Assembly: GCA_049999805.1 (NCBI GenBank)
Contig: JBNGIO010006191.1
Span: 234,578-298,577, forward strand
DNA: 64,000 bases
Direction: 5' to 3'
From: Folioceros fuciformis
Lineage: Eukaryota
A program made the position numbers and the translations under genes. Shown here one piece after another: positions 36,503-47,959 of this stretch; positions within the stretch are counted from its first letter, which is position 1, and each line of letters opens with the position of its first letter. The notes below the pieces were generated by a model that did no database searches, had not been told where the DNA came from, and saw nothing but the letters and a program-made list of their open reading frames with translations.

Positions 36503-39500
36503 ATGGAGCTTCCCTGCGACCCCAGCGACTACTGCCTGGTGTGCAGAATTCTGCCCCCGGACAAGGAGGTTATTTTCTGTGACGGCTGTGATGGGCACTG
36601 GCACATGAAGTGCCTCCGGCAGCCGCTGCTGGAGGTGCCCGAGGGGGACTGGTTCTGTCCCGACTGCCTGCAGCTGCCGGAAGACCAAATTTCGAAGAGA
36701 AGGAGGCGGCTGGAGAGTATCGGGGAGGATGAGGAGGAGGTACTGGTCCGCAAGATCAAGCAAATTCAATCGCACCCTCATCTAAACGAGAAGGAGAAAG
36801 CCAAGATTCTCCAAGAACTCATGCAGGAGACACGGCAAGAGATAGAGGGTCCCGTGGACGATGAAGATGGTCCGGGTGCGGCTGGGAGGGGCCTTCACAG
36901 ACAGCATACCCGCAGCTTAGAGGAGAAAGCTTCGTCTTCTAGGCTTTCCCTCGCACGAAAGAGCGTTGTGGGCGAAGAGAAGGACACTGAAATTTTCACC
37001 ATCTTCAAGAGCTATCTTTCTTGCGAGATCTGCCATCGATTTCCGAATTTTATCGTCACAGTAAGCTTCTCCCACGTCTGTATGTGTTTCTGGTACCAAC
37101 TTCGCATGCCGCATGTCGACACATAGCACCATTCTCGTTTCTGCCTCCCGCTGCCTGTCACCCTCACACTGAGTGTAACCCGTTCCCCCTTTCTTGCAGA
37201 CACCTTGTGGTCACAACTTTTGTGGGGGATGTGTTAAGCATCTCAAAACATGCACGGCTTGTTACTCCCCGCTGCCCCTTGCGCGGAATCAAGGATGCAC
37301 AGAGCCCAACAGTTATCCCCGCACCAACTTTGTGCTGGAATGCGCGATAAGGCTGGCTAAATGTGGAGTCATAGCGGAGCCTAACCAACCTGGCGTGTCC
37401 AACGAGGAGAGGCCAGACAAGGCGTTTACCACATCTAATGCCAAGCTCCCGGGTCTTGCAAATGCGTGTAGTGGGCGCATCTATGCAACCGTTCCAGATC
37501 ACTATCTTGGGCCCATAACTGCTGAATACGATGTTAACAAACGAGGGGTCCGTGTAGGAGATACTTGGGAAAATCGTCTGGCCCTCCGTCAGTCTGGAGC
37601 TCATCGTCCTCATGTCACCGCATTTGCTGGAACGGTTGGAACAGGATGCCCCTCCATTGTGCTCTCTAAGGGTTATGACTTTGACATCGACCATGGGGAC
37701 TACTTCATTTGTACTGGATGGTTAGTAGTTACTTTCCAGCATATGCCTCGCTTCTCACATGTCTCTGTGGTTTTCCTAATGACCTCCAGCGGGGTACTAT
37801 TGCTCGGGCTCGCTTCCTGCATGCAACAAGCTTTCGAGCTTGGCATCTTAACGACTTGACTGCCTTTGCTGGCTCTGGTGCAGTGGTGGTTGTGATCTTA
37901 GTAACAACAAGCGAACTGGAAAGCTGGCGTTTGACCAAACCTTTAGCCGTGCTAATCAAGCAATGCGCGAGAGCTGTATACGGGGATACCCAGTCAGGGT
38001 TATCAGGTGTAGTATCGCTCCACCGATAGTGTTCCCTTTAGAGAGCCTCGCTCTCGAGAGGGACCATCACAGCCTGTAAATACTTTGTCTAAGTTCATGT
38101 TGTGAATGTTTGCAGTACCGTGCTGAGATGTGTTGTTGTGCCCTATCTCAGGTCATGCAAGATCCAGCAGTCGAAGTTCAAACCACACAGTGGTTTGCGA
38201 TATGATGGCATCTACCGTATTGAGATGTGTTGGCGGATCATGATAGATGAGGTTTGTTCTCAACTCGATCTCCGATGTTGGGATGTACCCCTTACACCAG
38301 CATGTTAGCAACCTAGACGACCTGTAGTCTTTTAACTTCCGCCACTGAACCACATGGACCAGCCGTCACTTCGGTCTTGATACTTGTTGGCAAGCTTTGT
38401 CTGCTACTAAGTCGTCGTAGTACGATCTCAACATCAAGCCTGGAATTCACGGGGCCTAATCACTCTAGGGTCATTGCACGCAGGGCATTCGGGTTTGCCG
38501 CTTTCTTTTCGTGCGGTGTGAGAATGAGCCACCTACATGGAGGAAGTAAGACATCTGTGCGCACTGCAAATTATTGTTTCCATCACAAGCTGGCAAGGGC
38601 GGATTTATCACGGTGATAGTCTCTGGTCGTGATTTCAGGACCAAGGAGGGTGACAAACCTCGGAAGCCTCCTGTAGTGGAGGAGCTGAAAGATGCCACTG
38701 ATGTGACAAAGCGGACAAGTCTTCCGCAATGGGATTTTCAGGTATACCATGAGCGTTACACGGTGCTTTGGGAATCTGGAAATGAAATAGACGATGACTT
38801 CTCGGAATTCAGCGTTTCCTTGGCAGTCAGTTAATGGATTTCACAGCAGTCGAGCATCCTGGCTTATGGTTGTTTCTTGTGTGTTTGATCAGGCTGGGGT
38901 TTGGGGCTGGCGTGGCAAGAATCCTTCGTTCAAGTCCAAGCCTGCTCCAGAGATCGAAAGATTTGTTATCGAGAAGGACATGACCGTGAAGCGAAAAATT
39001 GTTCGAGGTACGCGTCCCCTCGTCCTTGTTATGAAACATATTCTGTTGCCCGCCGTTCTGTTTTCTTGAAACTGCGTTGTCAGGTGGCTTTCCAGCGAAG
39101 AATGCCGTGTGGTTGAACTCATCGCCTGGGTAGATTTAGCTGATTCTGTCCTCTCATATGTGTTGCTTTTAGACCCATCCTTTAGTGGTGACCTCGTTGG
39201 TTGCAGATTTGCTATGCGGGATCTGCTCCGAAGACATGACCGATCCAATCTTGGCTCCGTGTGGTCATATGTATTGCAAGACATGTTTGGATGACCATTT
39301 TAATAAACTCCTGCCATTCCAAAATCCCAGTGGCTACAGCACGATGCATAGGCGAGAGCGAAAGCCTGTTCAAAGGTGTCCCAGATGCCCTGCCATTTTC
39401 GGCGACATGCACTTTGACGTAAGTGACGATAGGGTCGTCATGATTCCAGACTGGCTAGTGTTTTGAGGGATGGACGAGGGAGTTCTTGACTGCAAATCGT

Positions 39501-41075
39501 CGGATGTTGTAACAGGTGAATGTTCAACTAAGAAGCGTGATTGAAGCCATTGCTCTGGCCAGGGACGTGAAACCAATCTTGACTCCACCTTCCGGAGTCT
39601 CTTTGAGGTCAAGGGAGGTGAAAACGGAAGTGAAAGCGGAGGTAAAGGAGAGAGGTCACTCTTCTCAGGCTTCGGGCTCTTCTAGCCTGCCTCTTGGCAA
39701 GAGGAAGGGGTTGCTTGAAGACAGACAGCAGCGTGCTCGCATGACTTTGATGCAAGAATTTTCAGATCCTCCTCGCCTGACCAGAAAACAGAAACACACT
39801 CCGCGTAAGACAATGGGCTTGTCATCTTACAACAGAGGCGAGGCTCAAGTGGGCAAGCTGCAGACGGGACGATTTATTCAGGTTGATTCAGACTCCGAAC
39901 GTCCTATGGATACTCCTGCGAAAAGCCATAATGAGATATCAAGTCCCTCAGGTGGGCAGGATGAGGAGGCTCCATTGTCTCCAGATTCTGCAGCTCGAGG
40001 ACACAACAAGCGCAGAAAGAGTCGGGAAGGTTCTGCTGGTAGCGGTAGTAAAAGATCATGCGAACATGTCAGTACTTCGGAAGGAAGTGGTGCAGATGGA
40101 GCAGGGCCGCCCTGTGATGCACCTGGTGAAGCAATCACCTCTGCAGATTATAAGCGACGGAAGACAGAGGATGACAGTGCTTCCAGCATGCAAGCAAGTG
40201 GGGCCGAGTCTGTCGAGAAGCGTGATAGAACTACCATGGTGGAGAATGCTGCTGAAAAACTGGAGGACGGGGATGGCGATGAAAGGATTGAGAGCGTGGC
40301 TAGTGACATCGTCGTCGATGTTCGCTGCATGGACGTAGGTCAGGTCTCCATCCAGGATGATGGCTGCCATCAGGAAGAGGAGGAGTTAGACGTGCCTCGC
40401 AGGACTGTCAAAGTACATGATGCTTACGAACGAAGTGGCCATGGTCTCCCTACTAGCAATGAGCAGTCACCGGTGGAGTCCTTCCCAGCTGCCAATGCGG
40501 AAGACCAGGACAAAGATGCTGAGGGAAACACGGAATTGCAGACTCCGGTCCCTGATGTTTGCATAATTGATGTGGAAGTAGTCCAGGACCCCGTCGATAT
40601 CGATGGTGAAATCGTAGTAGAAGAGATTGCCGTTGCTGGTGGCCATCCCCACCGGCAAAGGGATGATACTCCGTCGGTAAATCCTCCGGCATCTGAGCAG
40701 CAGAGGGAGACGGATGGAGCAGCAAGTCCCAAGACAGCCTTGGATGCGTTTTGTGAGCAGATCCGGAGCCTAGCCAGCAGAGAGGTATTACATCTATTGA
40801 AAATACTGCGTCGAGACGCCCCCCTCTGTGTCAATAACCTGCCAGATGATTTACTAACTGCGCGTGCGCGTGATTTCTACAGGGTCCGAAGGAACAGAGC
40901 TGGGGACTTCTCACAAGGTGTATGCAAGAATTCAGACAGAGCTGGACACAAGGAACGATCGGAGCATTGTCTCAGACCGTTGCCCCGACTTTTGACAAGT
41001 AACCAAGGACCTCTGAGCAATTGGCACTCTCAACAACAGATGGTTACAAAACGCGAATCCAGACATGTTGCGTGA
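36503..41075 (+). CDS. VIM/ORTHRUS (UHRF1-like) PHD-RING-SRA-RING protein with long C-terminal extension, about 9 exons
   Basis: MELPCD start; PHD CLVC...CDGC..HWHMKCL...WFCPDC; RING1 CEIC...[57 protein letters not shown]; RING2 LCGIC...PCGHMYCKTC...CPRC; last exon 39516-41075. Confidence 0.88.
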
Positions 41076-41399
41076 TTTAGAAACTAGGTAGGGAGCAATT
41101 GGTATTGCTCTTACGGGACCTATAGGTGAGGTGATGGTGACAGCCATTTGGCTTGACAGTATCCCATTCCACCTGCCCTTTATCTAATTCCGTTTTTTTG
41201 TTTGATCTATGGTTCGCACTGTGAACGAGCGTGTCTCACTCTGGCGAGTTTCGTATAGTTCCTTGCGCTGATGTCAGCCATGCTTGAAGGTGGAACTCGC
41301 ATCCTCCGGCGGGTTGCAAATATTCCTTACGCTGCTGACATTAGCCTTGGAGGTGGAACTCGCATCCTAGGATCCTCTGGATCGGGCGAGCATCATGAT

Positions 41400-42796
41400 C
41401 TCCGAAGGCCTTTCTCCATGGCGGAGGCAAATGTTACTATGTCGGAGGTAGTTGAGGTTGAGCATCGAAGCGTACAAGAAGATTGATTATGTGCAGTCTG
41501 GAGCTATGGAGCTGGAGCCAGCGTGATGTTGGCTGCTGGGGTGGAGAACGCTACCAGGCACATGCGCTCGTTGGTGGAGCTCGCCACAGCCCTGTGCTCC
41601 ACGCTGGGATACTTCCCATTGCCAAACATCTGCATCGATCCCACAAGTCCATATAATTATCGTTCAATCAGCATTTGCACAGAGAACTAGATTCGTCTCT
41701 CAACTCGAGTCGTTCTGGCCAGATTACTCGCAGGACGGGTCCCACGTTGACGACAAGAGCTCCTGGGGAAGGGCTGGATTCGCACCCACTCTCCCTTGTG
41801 GCAGATCTGTAAACCAGACACTGTACCTGTCTGATGATGAAAGGACCGTGATGGTGCCAGCATCAGAATGTGGGCTCGCCCCCAGGCATGGCGGGTAGTA
41901 CTCGGTCCGACTGATTGACGAAATCTTTCCCCTTGAACTGCGGCCTGGGCCGAGGCCCAAATTCAGGGACAAAATCTGGTACAGGACTGGTGCTCGACCA
42001 CACCCTATGTTCCCAAATGGTATCCATGGATCTTTGCCCTGCAGCAGTCCCACGTCCTCCAGACTGGGTTCATTGGTTAGAAACCTGTGCATTCTTCACG
42101 AATCGGTCACTGGCACTGGGGTTTGGAGTTTTGGACCCGCGCCTGTACCTGTGATCCGCAGGTTGCGCTGGCCTTTGTGTGCCCGTCTGTTTTTTTTATC
42201 AAATGGAGCCAGGTGATGTGCCAGGATGTCGTTCCAGCCGTTTTGCAAAGCTCAACCGTACCCAACACATGGCCAGTCTCCGGGATTGGTTCCACACCTG
42301 TCTCTGAATAGGAACCTGAAATATCGGCAGGACGCATCTAAAGCGTCTGCGAGAACAGACTGAGCAACCACTTGATTCACCAGCTGCAGCAGTACCACCC
42401 AAACAACAGAAACCCATTTGGTCCTAAGCTTGGGCTTAACCACATCTAGACTTGCATTGTATACTGGCAGGACCCAGACGATCATGCCATGCATACTTGG
42501 TAGGCTGTCTTTGGCTACTCCGGACCGTTGGAAGTAGCCCCACTCTTGGCAGCATGCCTGAGCCACCTCCTCTCGCATCCTCGCCTTGCCTTGTCGTATC
42601 CACGAAGTTTACAGGACAAATCAATGCAGGCACAAGTTGAGTATACAGCGAGGCTTGCTCGGCTCCTGGTTCTGAATATTGCTGGAAGTTGCTTCGCCCC
42701 TGACTCCGCTATCTGCTGCACCGTCTGTGGCTCAGCCGCACCCAACACACCTTTGAAATCGTATGCCAGATCATCAACTCCGTCTGCTGGAGCCAT
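41400..42796 (-). pseudogene. 2-oxoglutarate/Fe(II) dioxygenase (DOXC class) pseudogene
   Basis: Motifs in correct order but split across frames: VQQIAESGAKQLP, CIDLS, ACCQEWGYFQ, YYPPCLGASPHSDAGTITVL, ICHKGEWVRIQP, LVVNVG, MFGNGKYPSVEHRAV...ERM. Frameshifts and an internal deletion; 3' end approximate. Confidence 0.8.
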
Positions 42797-43993
42797 GATG
42801 GGAGTTTCCTCAGAATCTGGTCCATGGCTCCAGCAGATGGCCAGCAGGCTGCAGATGTTTTAGGAGCCTGCCGGGCAATATTACTGCTCCTACAACATCG
42901 CTTGTTCAGAAGGGATCTAGATACTACGCACATTAACAGTTGTGGAGGTGGACTCTGAGTATGTCCCGGACTTGCCAGGACATGATCCCCGAGTCTTGTC
43001 CCATGAACGGTGCTTCCAACTGGCCCTGACTCCGTGTCCTGCTCCTGCTACAGACCGCGGCACATTATAGTAGGATGAGAGGCTAAATTGTGTTTAAGCA
43101 TGCTTGCACTTTGGGAGCCAGCGGCTGGACAGGACCTTTGCGGGTTTGCATGAGGATCTGGTAAATCTTAGAGAACGGATGGATAAGTGGGTTTAAACGC
43201 CATGCCATATGTGTGTAGTGCAGGATTGTATAGTGCACCGACGGGCTATGAAGTAAGTGGAGCAACTGTGGTACCGGTGTTCCCGTCATGGTGGGGCTGA
43301 AGGGAGAACCGGCCAGCGCCTGAACGCATCAAGCAGCAGATGATGGAGGCGAATTTGAATTAGGAAATGCCTGGGCCCATGTCTGAATGATGGTTATGTC
43401 TAGTGAGGCCGGGCATGCGGCCTCTGGCACTTGCATCTAAGGAGGTATTGATGAACCCGACAGCCTGCTAGAGAATGTTCTACAGGTGTGATGCTCCGGA
43501 ATGATCATCGATCAATTGTACCAGAACCTGCCTGGCCTGAGACCTGATAGCTGGCCGCTGCTAGGACATCATCATCATCATATTCCAGCACCGTTGCATT
43601 TTGTAGCCTGTTGGCAGCTAACGTGAATTTTGACTACTCCGAGGTGAGCCTCAAGCCATTTCATTGTTCTATCCGATGGTGAGCAGGTTGTCTGCCATTT
43701 GCATGCCTCCAGTTTTGTGTGAACAAACTGCGGAAACGATACCCTATTCATTGCAATCTCGATTGCCGTTTCCAACATCCGTAGACCGGCCAGATTTCTT
43801 CAAGGTTTTCAGTATCGTAAGGGATCCTGAACGCATGCGGAGACCAAACAATACAATAGGCAGGAGCTGCCCCATCGTTCCTCGTCTCCAACCTTGTTGC
43901 AAGCTTTAGACCAAAATGTTGTCCCTTTGTAGCCATGATGCATACCCCTAAAACCAATACCAGGAGGACCCTGGCATCAGTGCCAGCAGAAGG

Positions 43994-46667
43994 ATGAAGA
44001 AACATGGCGGCGTTGTGGTCGTATCGTGCTTGGATCGGTGCAAAGAGAGATGGTGCAGACGTCTTCTAGCACTCTGTGTCGCAGCAGAAACACGGAATGT
44101 TTCAACCACCCCTGTCGGTAACGGCCGACCTGCATGCTCTACAATCCTTCCAGCTGCTTTCTTGGTGTTGTAGAGCCCTCAGGTTGACGATGAACTCGCT
44201 TCGCAGTGGATCAATCGGCACGGAGAGGATTGCCGGAAACAGAGGGGCTCCATCACTTGAAGGAGGTAAGGCATACCAAAAAATTGGTACTGTGCCACTG
44301 CGTGGCTGACGCGCTGGTCAGAAAGCGGGTTTTGGCGGGCAGCTGATTCTTCCTTTTCATTCATGCAGACCAGCAGGGGCCGGGCCTCGTGGCCAGCATA
44401 TGTTGCTGGTACCTCTGCAGCAGCAGCTCATGTCGATTCTGACAGGTACATTGTCGTCAAATTCTCAGCTGCATCAGTGAATTGCCCCAAGTATCCAGAG
44501 TTTGAATGTCTTATTTTACAGGGTGGCAAGGTATGAAGGGGCTACGAAGGTCGAGAATTTCAGAGATCTATGTCGGCAAGGACAGCTTAGTGACGCCTGT
44601 CAAGCACTGGACCTCCTCTTGCAGCAGCGCACTCATGTTTCCACCGGCATGTTCTATGACGTTCTCAAGGGCTGCATTGCGCAGAAGGATTTGGATGTTG
44701 GGAGACGTGTCCATTCTCTTGCAGTTAGAGCTGGGTACGATTTAAATATGTTTGTTGCCACCAACCTCATCCGCATGTATGGGTCTCAGGGCAGTTTGCT
44801 GGAAGCACAGCAAGTCTTTAGCAGACTGCCTGCTCCAGACAGTTACGTTTGGGCTTCCATCATTTTAGCTCATGCTGAACATGGGCAGCCTAAGGAGGCT
44901 ATACAATTCTATCGCGACATGCAACAGTCGACCATAAAGCCCGACGACCACATCTTTGTTGCTGTTCTTAAAGCATGCGCTAGAGCTGAAGACTTGGGTT
45001 TCGGGAAGCAAGTGCATGCTGACGTGATGAAAAGTAATGGGGAACCTAATCTCTTTGTCGCTAACAGTCTCATAGACTTGTACTCGAAATGTGGAAGCCT
45101 GGAGGATGCTCGAAGAGTGTTTGACTTGTTGTGCAGACGAGATGTGGTGGTCTGGAATGCAATGATAGCAGGATATGCGCAGCAGGGACTTGGCAGGGAA
45201 GCTCTTAACCTTTACGCAAGGATGTGCAAGGAAGGTGTGGTTCTGGCCAACAGAGCTACTTATGTTTGCCTGCTTAAGGCTTGTGCAAGCCTAGGAGCTG
45301 TACAGGAGGGGAAGCAGGTACATGCTGAAATCCGAGGACGGGGAATGGAAACAGATTTGGTTGTTGGTACCAGCCTGGTGGACATGTACGCCAAATGTGG
45401 GCACTTGGAAGATGCTCGAAGAGTCTTTGACAAGATACCCACACGAGATGGGATAATACGTAACGCGATGCTTGCAGGATATGCTCACCATGGGCTTGGT
45501 CATGAAGCCCTTAGCCTATATGCAAGTGTGAGTAAGGATGCAATAAGTATAGAGGATACTGTGACTTTTGTCTGCCTGCTGAAGGCGTGTGCAAGCATTG
45601 GAGCTCTACAAGAAGGGATGGAGTTGCACAGACATGCACGGGAAGCAGGGCTTGAAGCAGATGTTGCTGTTGGCACCAGCCTGGTAGACTTGTATGCAAA
45701 ATGTGGCAACTTGGAGAATGCTCGAAGAGCGTTTGACAGGCTGGCCACAAGAGATGTAGCAGCGTGGACTGCTTTGTTGAATGGGTATGGCCTACATAAT
45801 GATTGTAGGACAGCCATACAGTGTTTTCATGAAATGCAGCAGCACGGAGTTCAGCCCAATGATGCGACTTTCATCTGCCTCCTAGTGGCATGTAGTCATG
45901 AAGGGCTGGTCAATGAGGGTAAAGAGTATTTCAAGCAGATGGTCGAAATCTATGGCATTGCACCCTCTGCTGATCATTATAATTGCATGGTTGATCTGCT
46001 GGGCCGGTCTGGCCACCTGTCGGAAGCAGAAGCTTTGCTGGAGAGCATGCCATTCAAAGACAACCCAGTTGGGTGGAAATCTCTGCTCAGTGCATGCAAA
46101 AGTCATGGTGATGTAGAGTGCGGAAGGCGATGTTTCCAGCATCTTGTCAACTGCGAACCTCAAGAGGGCTCTGGATATGTGCTTATGTCGGGTATCTATG
46201 CAGACGCCAACAGATGGGAGGACGTGGATATGACAGAAAGGTCCAGAAAATCTGCCGGTGCTTTTAAGAAGCCGGCCAGGACCTGGATTCAAATAAACAG
46301 CAATGTTCATGAGTTTGTTGTGGGTGAAGGTAGGGACGATATTTCTTCCAAGCTAAGGAGTTTGAACCTGCGACTGAAAGAGGAGGGCCATGTGGCTCAT
46401 ACAGTGTTAGTACTGAAGCCAATATCTGACAAGGAGAAAGAGGATGCATTGTGTGGCCACGCAGAGAAATTAGCACTAGCATATGGTCTCCTGAATACGC
46501 CAGAGGGTACACCCTTAGTGATCATGAAAAATCTCCGGATGTGTAATGACTGTCATAGCGGTACCAAGATCCTTTCCAAAATTGAGGGGCGGGAGATTGT
46601 TGTGAGAGATGCACACCGCGTGCACAGTTTCAGGGATGGTGTTTGCTCATGTCAGGATTCCCGTTGA
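43994..46667 (+). CDS. PLS-class PPR protein with E domains and DYW:KP-type deaminase-like domain (about 801 aa)
   Basis: Phase-consistent exons 43994-44117, 44207-44265, 44369-44445, 44522-46667. Repeated P-L-S motifs (LVDMYAKCG, DVVVWNAMI, TYVCLLKAC); C-terminus KKPARTWI...HAEK...CNDCH...CSCQDSR. Confidence 0.93.
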
Positions 46668-47959
46668 CAGTTTAAAGTACTGCAGACATGATCCGCACGT
46701 TGGAACGGTGGGCGTCCGCCTGATATGTCTGACATCGTGTTCCTATCTTTGACCACGTACTTGCGACTGTTGTGGTGAGTGTCGACACCTCCAGGTTGTG
46801 TTTACTGCGCAATTAGATGGCTGGCCTCAGGTACATAGCTGCGTATTTGTTGACTGCATCGGCACTGTCTTGGCCGTTGGAGAGGAATCACAGCGTTGGT
46901 GCCTGACACAATTGCTTGGTTGGATACAGTTCGAAAGTGAATACATGACCGACACTAGGTTTGAAGACGAGCCCATCGGTTGGGGAAGCCCCCATCAGAA
47001 GAATGGATGGTGTTCGGCTCCAAAACCTTCTCTTGGCTGGTCGACTTTTTATACTCGTGTGTGCCCATATCGAAAATATATGGTGTCACACCTCCAGAGG
47101 CCCCAGCCATTTTGGTGTCAAGGACTTCATGAGTGTGTCTTGCCACCAATGCTCCTATGCTGCGTAAGACGAGTGTGGTCTGAGAGGCAAAGTCATTGAC
47201 ACGTCTATGCAAAATGGACGACCTGGAGAATGGCGAAGGAATGATGATTGGGGTCTATATTTAAAGCCCACCCATTGCTAGAATTTACGCCTAGTGAACC
47301 TGAAGATGCAGCACAGAATATGAAAGGAGCCCTTCCTTTTGTAGGAACTCAAGGCCTTGAACTTTTGTTTTGACCATAGCAATGGTACTTCTAAGATTAG
47401 ATATGGATATACATAAATATATTTATATATTTGAACAAGATCTTGTCATTAGCAAAGTGTGTAACATAGTGTGTAATCTTAATATCGAGATATGACATGC
47501 TTATCATCTATATATGTGCAGTATGATCTTACATACATCATGTGTATCTTATGTGTGTTATGTCATTTAGATGATCTCACATGTTTGATCTTATGCAAGT
47601 TATAAATAATCACTTGTAATTGAAAGCGATAGAGTGGCGTGATGTGTGTTTAAAATCTGGTGCAAAGTCGAATTGCTGCATTACTTAGTTTAACACATAG
47701 TACAAACAAACTTGTACATCTAACTTATCAACCCAGAACATGCTGATCAAGAAGTAGATGCAGTGTCATTCCACAATCCAACCTTACATGCTATAAGGTA
47801 TCTTTATTTTTCATTTATTTGTTCTAGCCTTTTCGTAATATTACATTTAGACTATGCGTATTATATATTTGAGTTTATATGCATGTACTCACATTTGATG
47901 AAGTGATCAATGTTGGTATGGTGATCACAGAAGTCTTTGGGCATTAATCGTCTCTTGTA

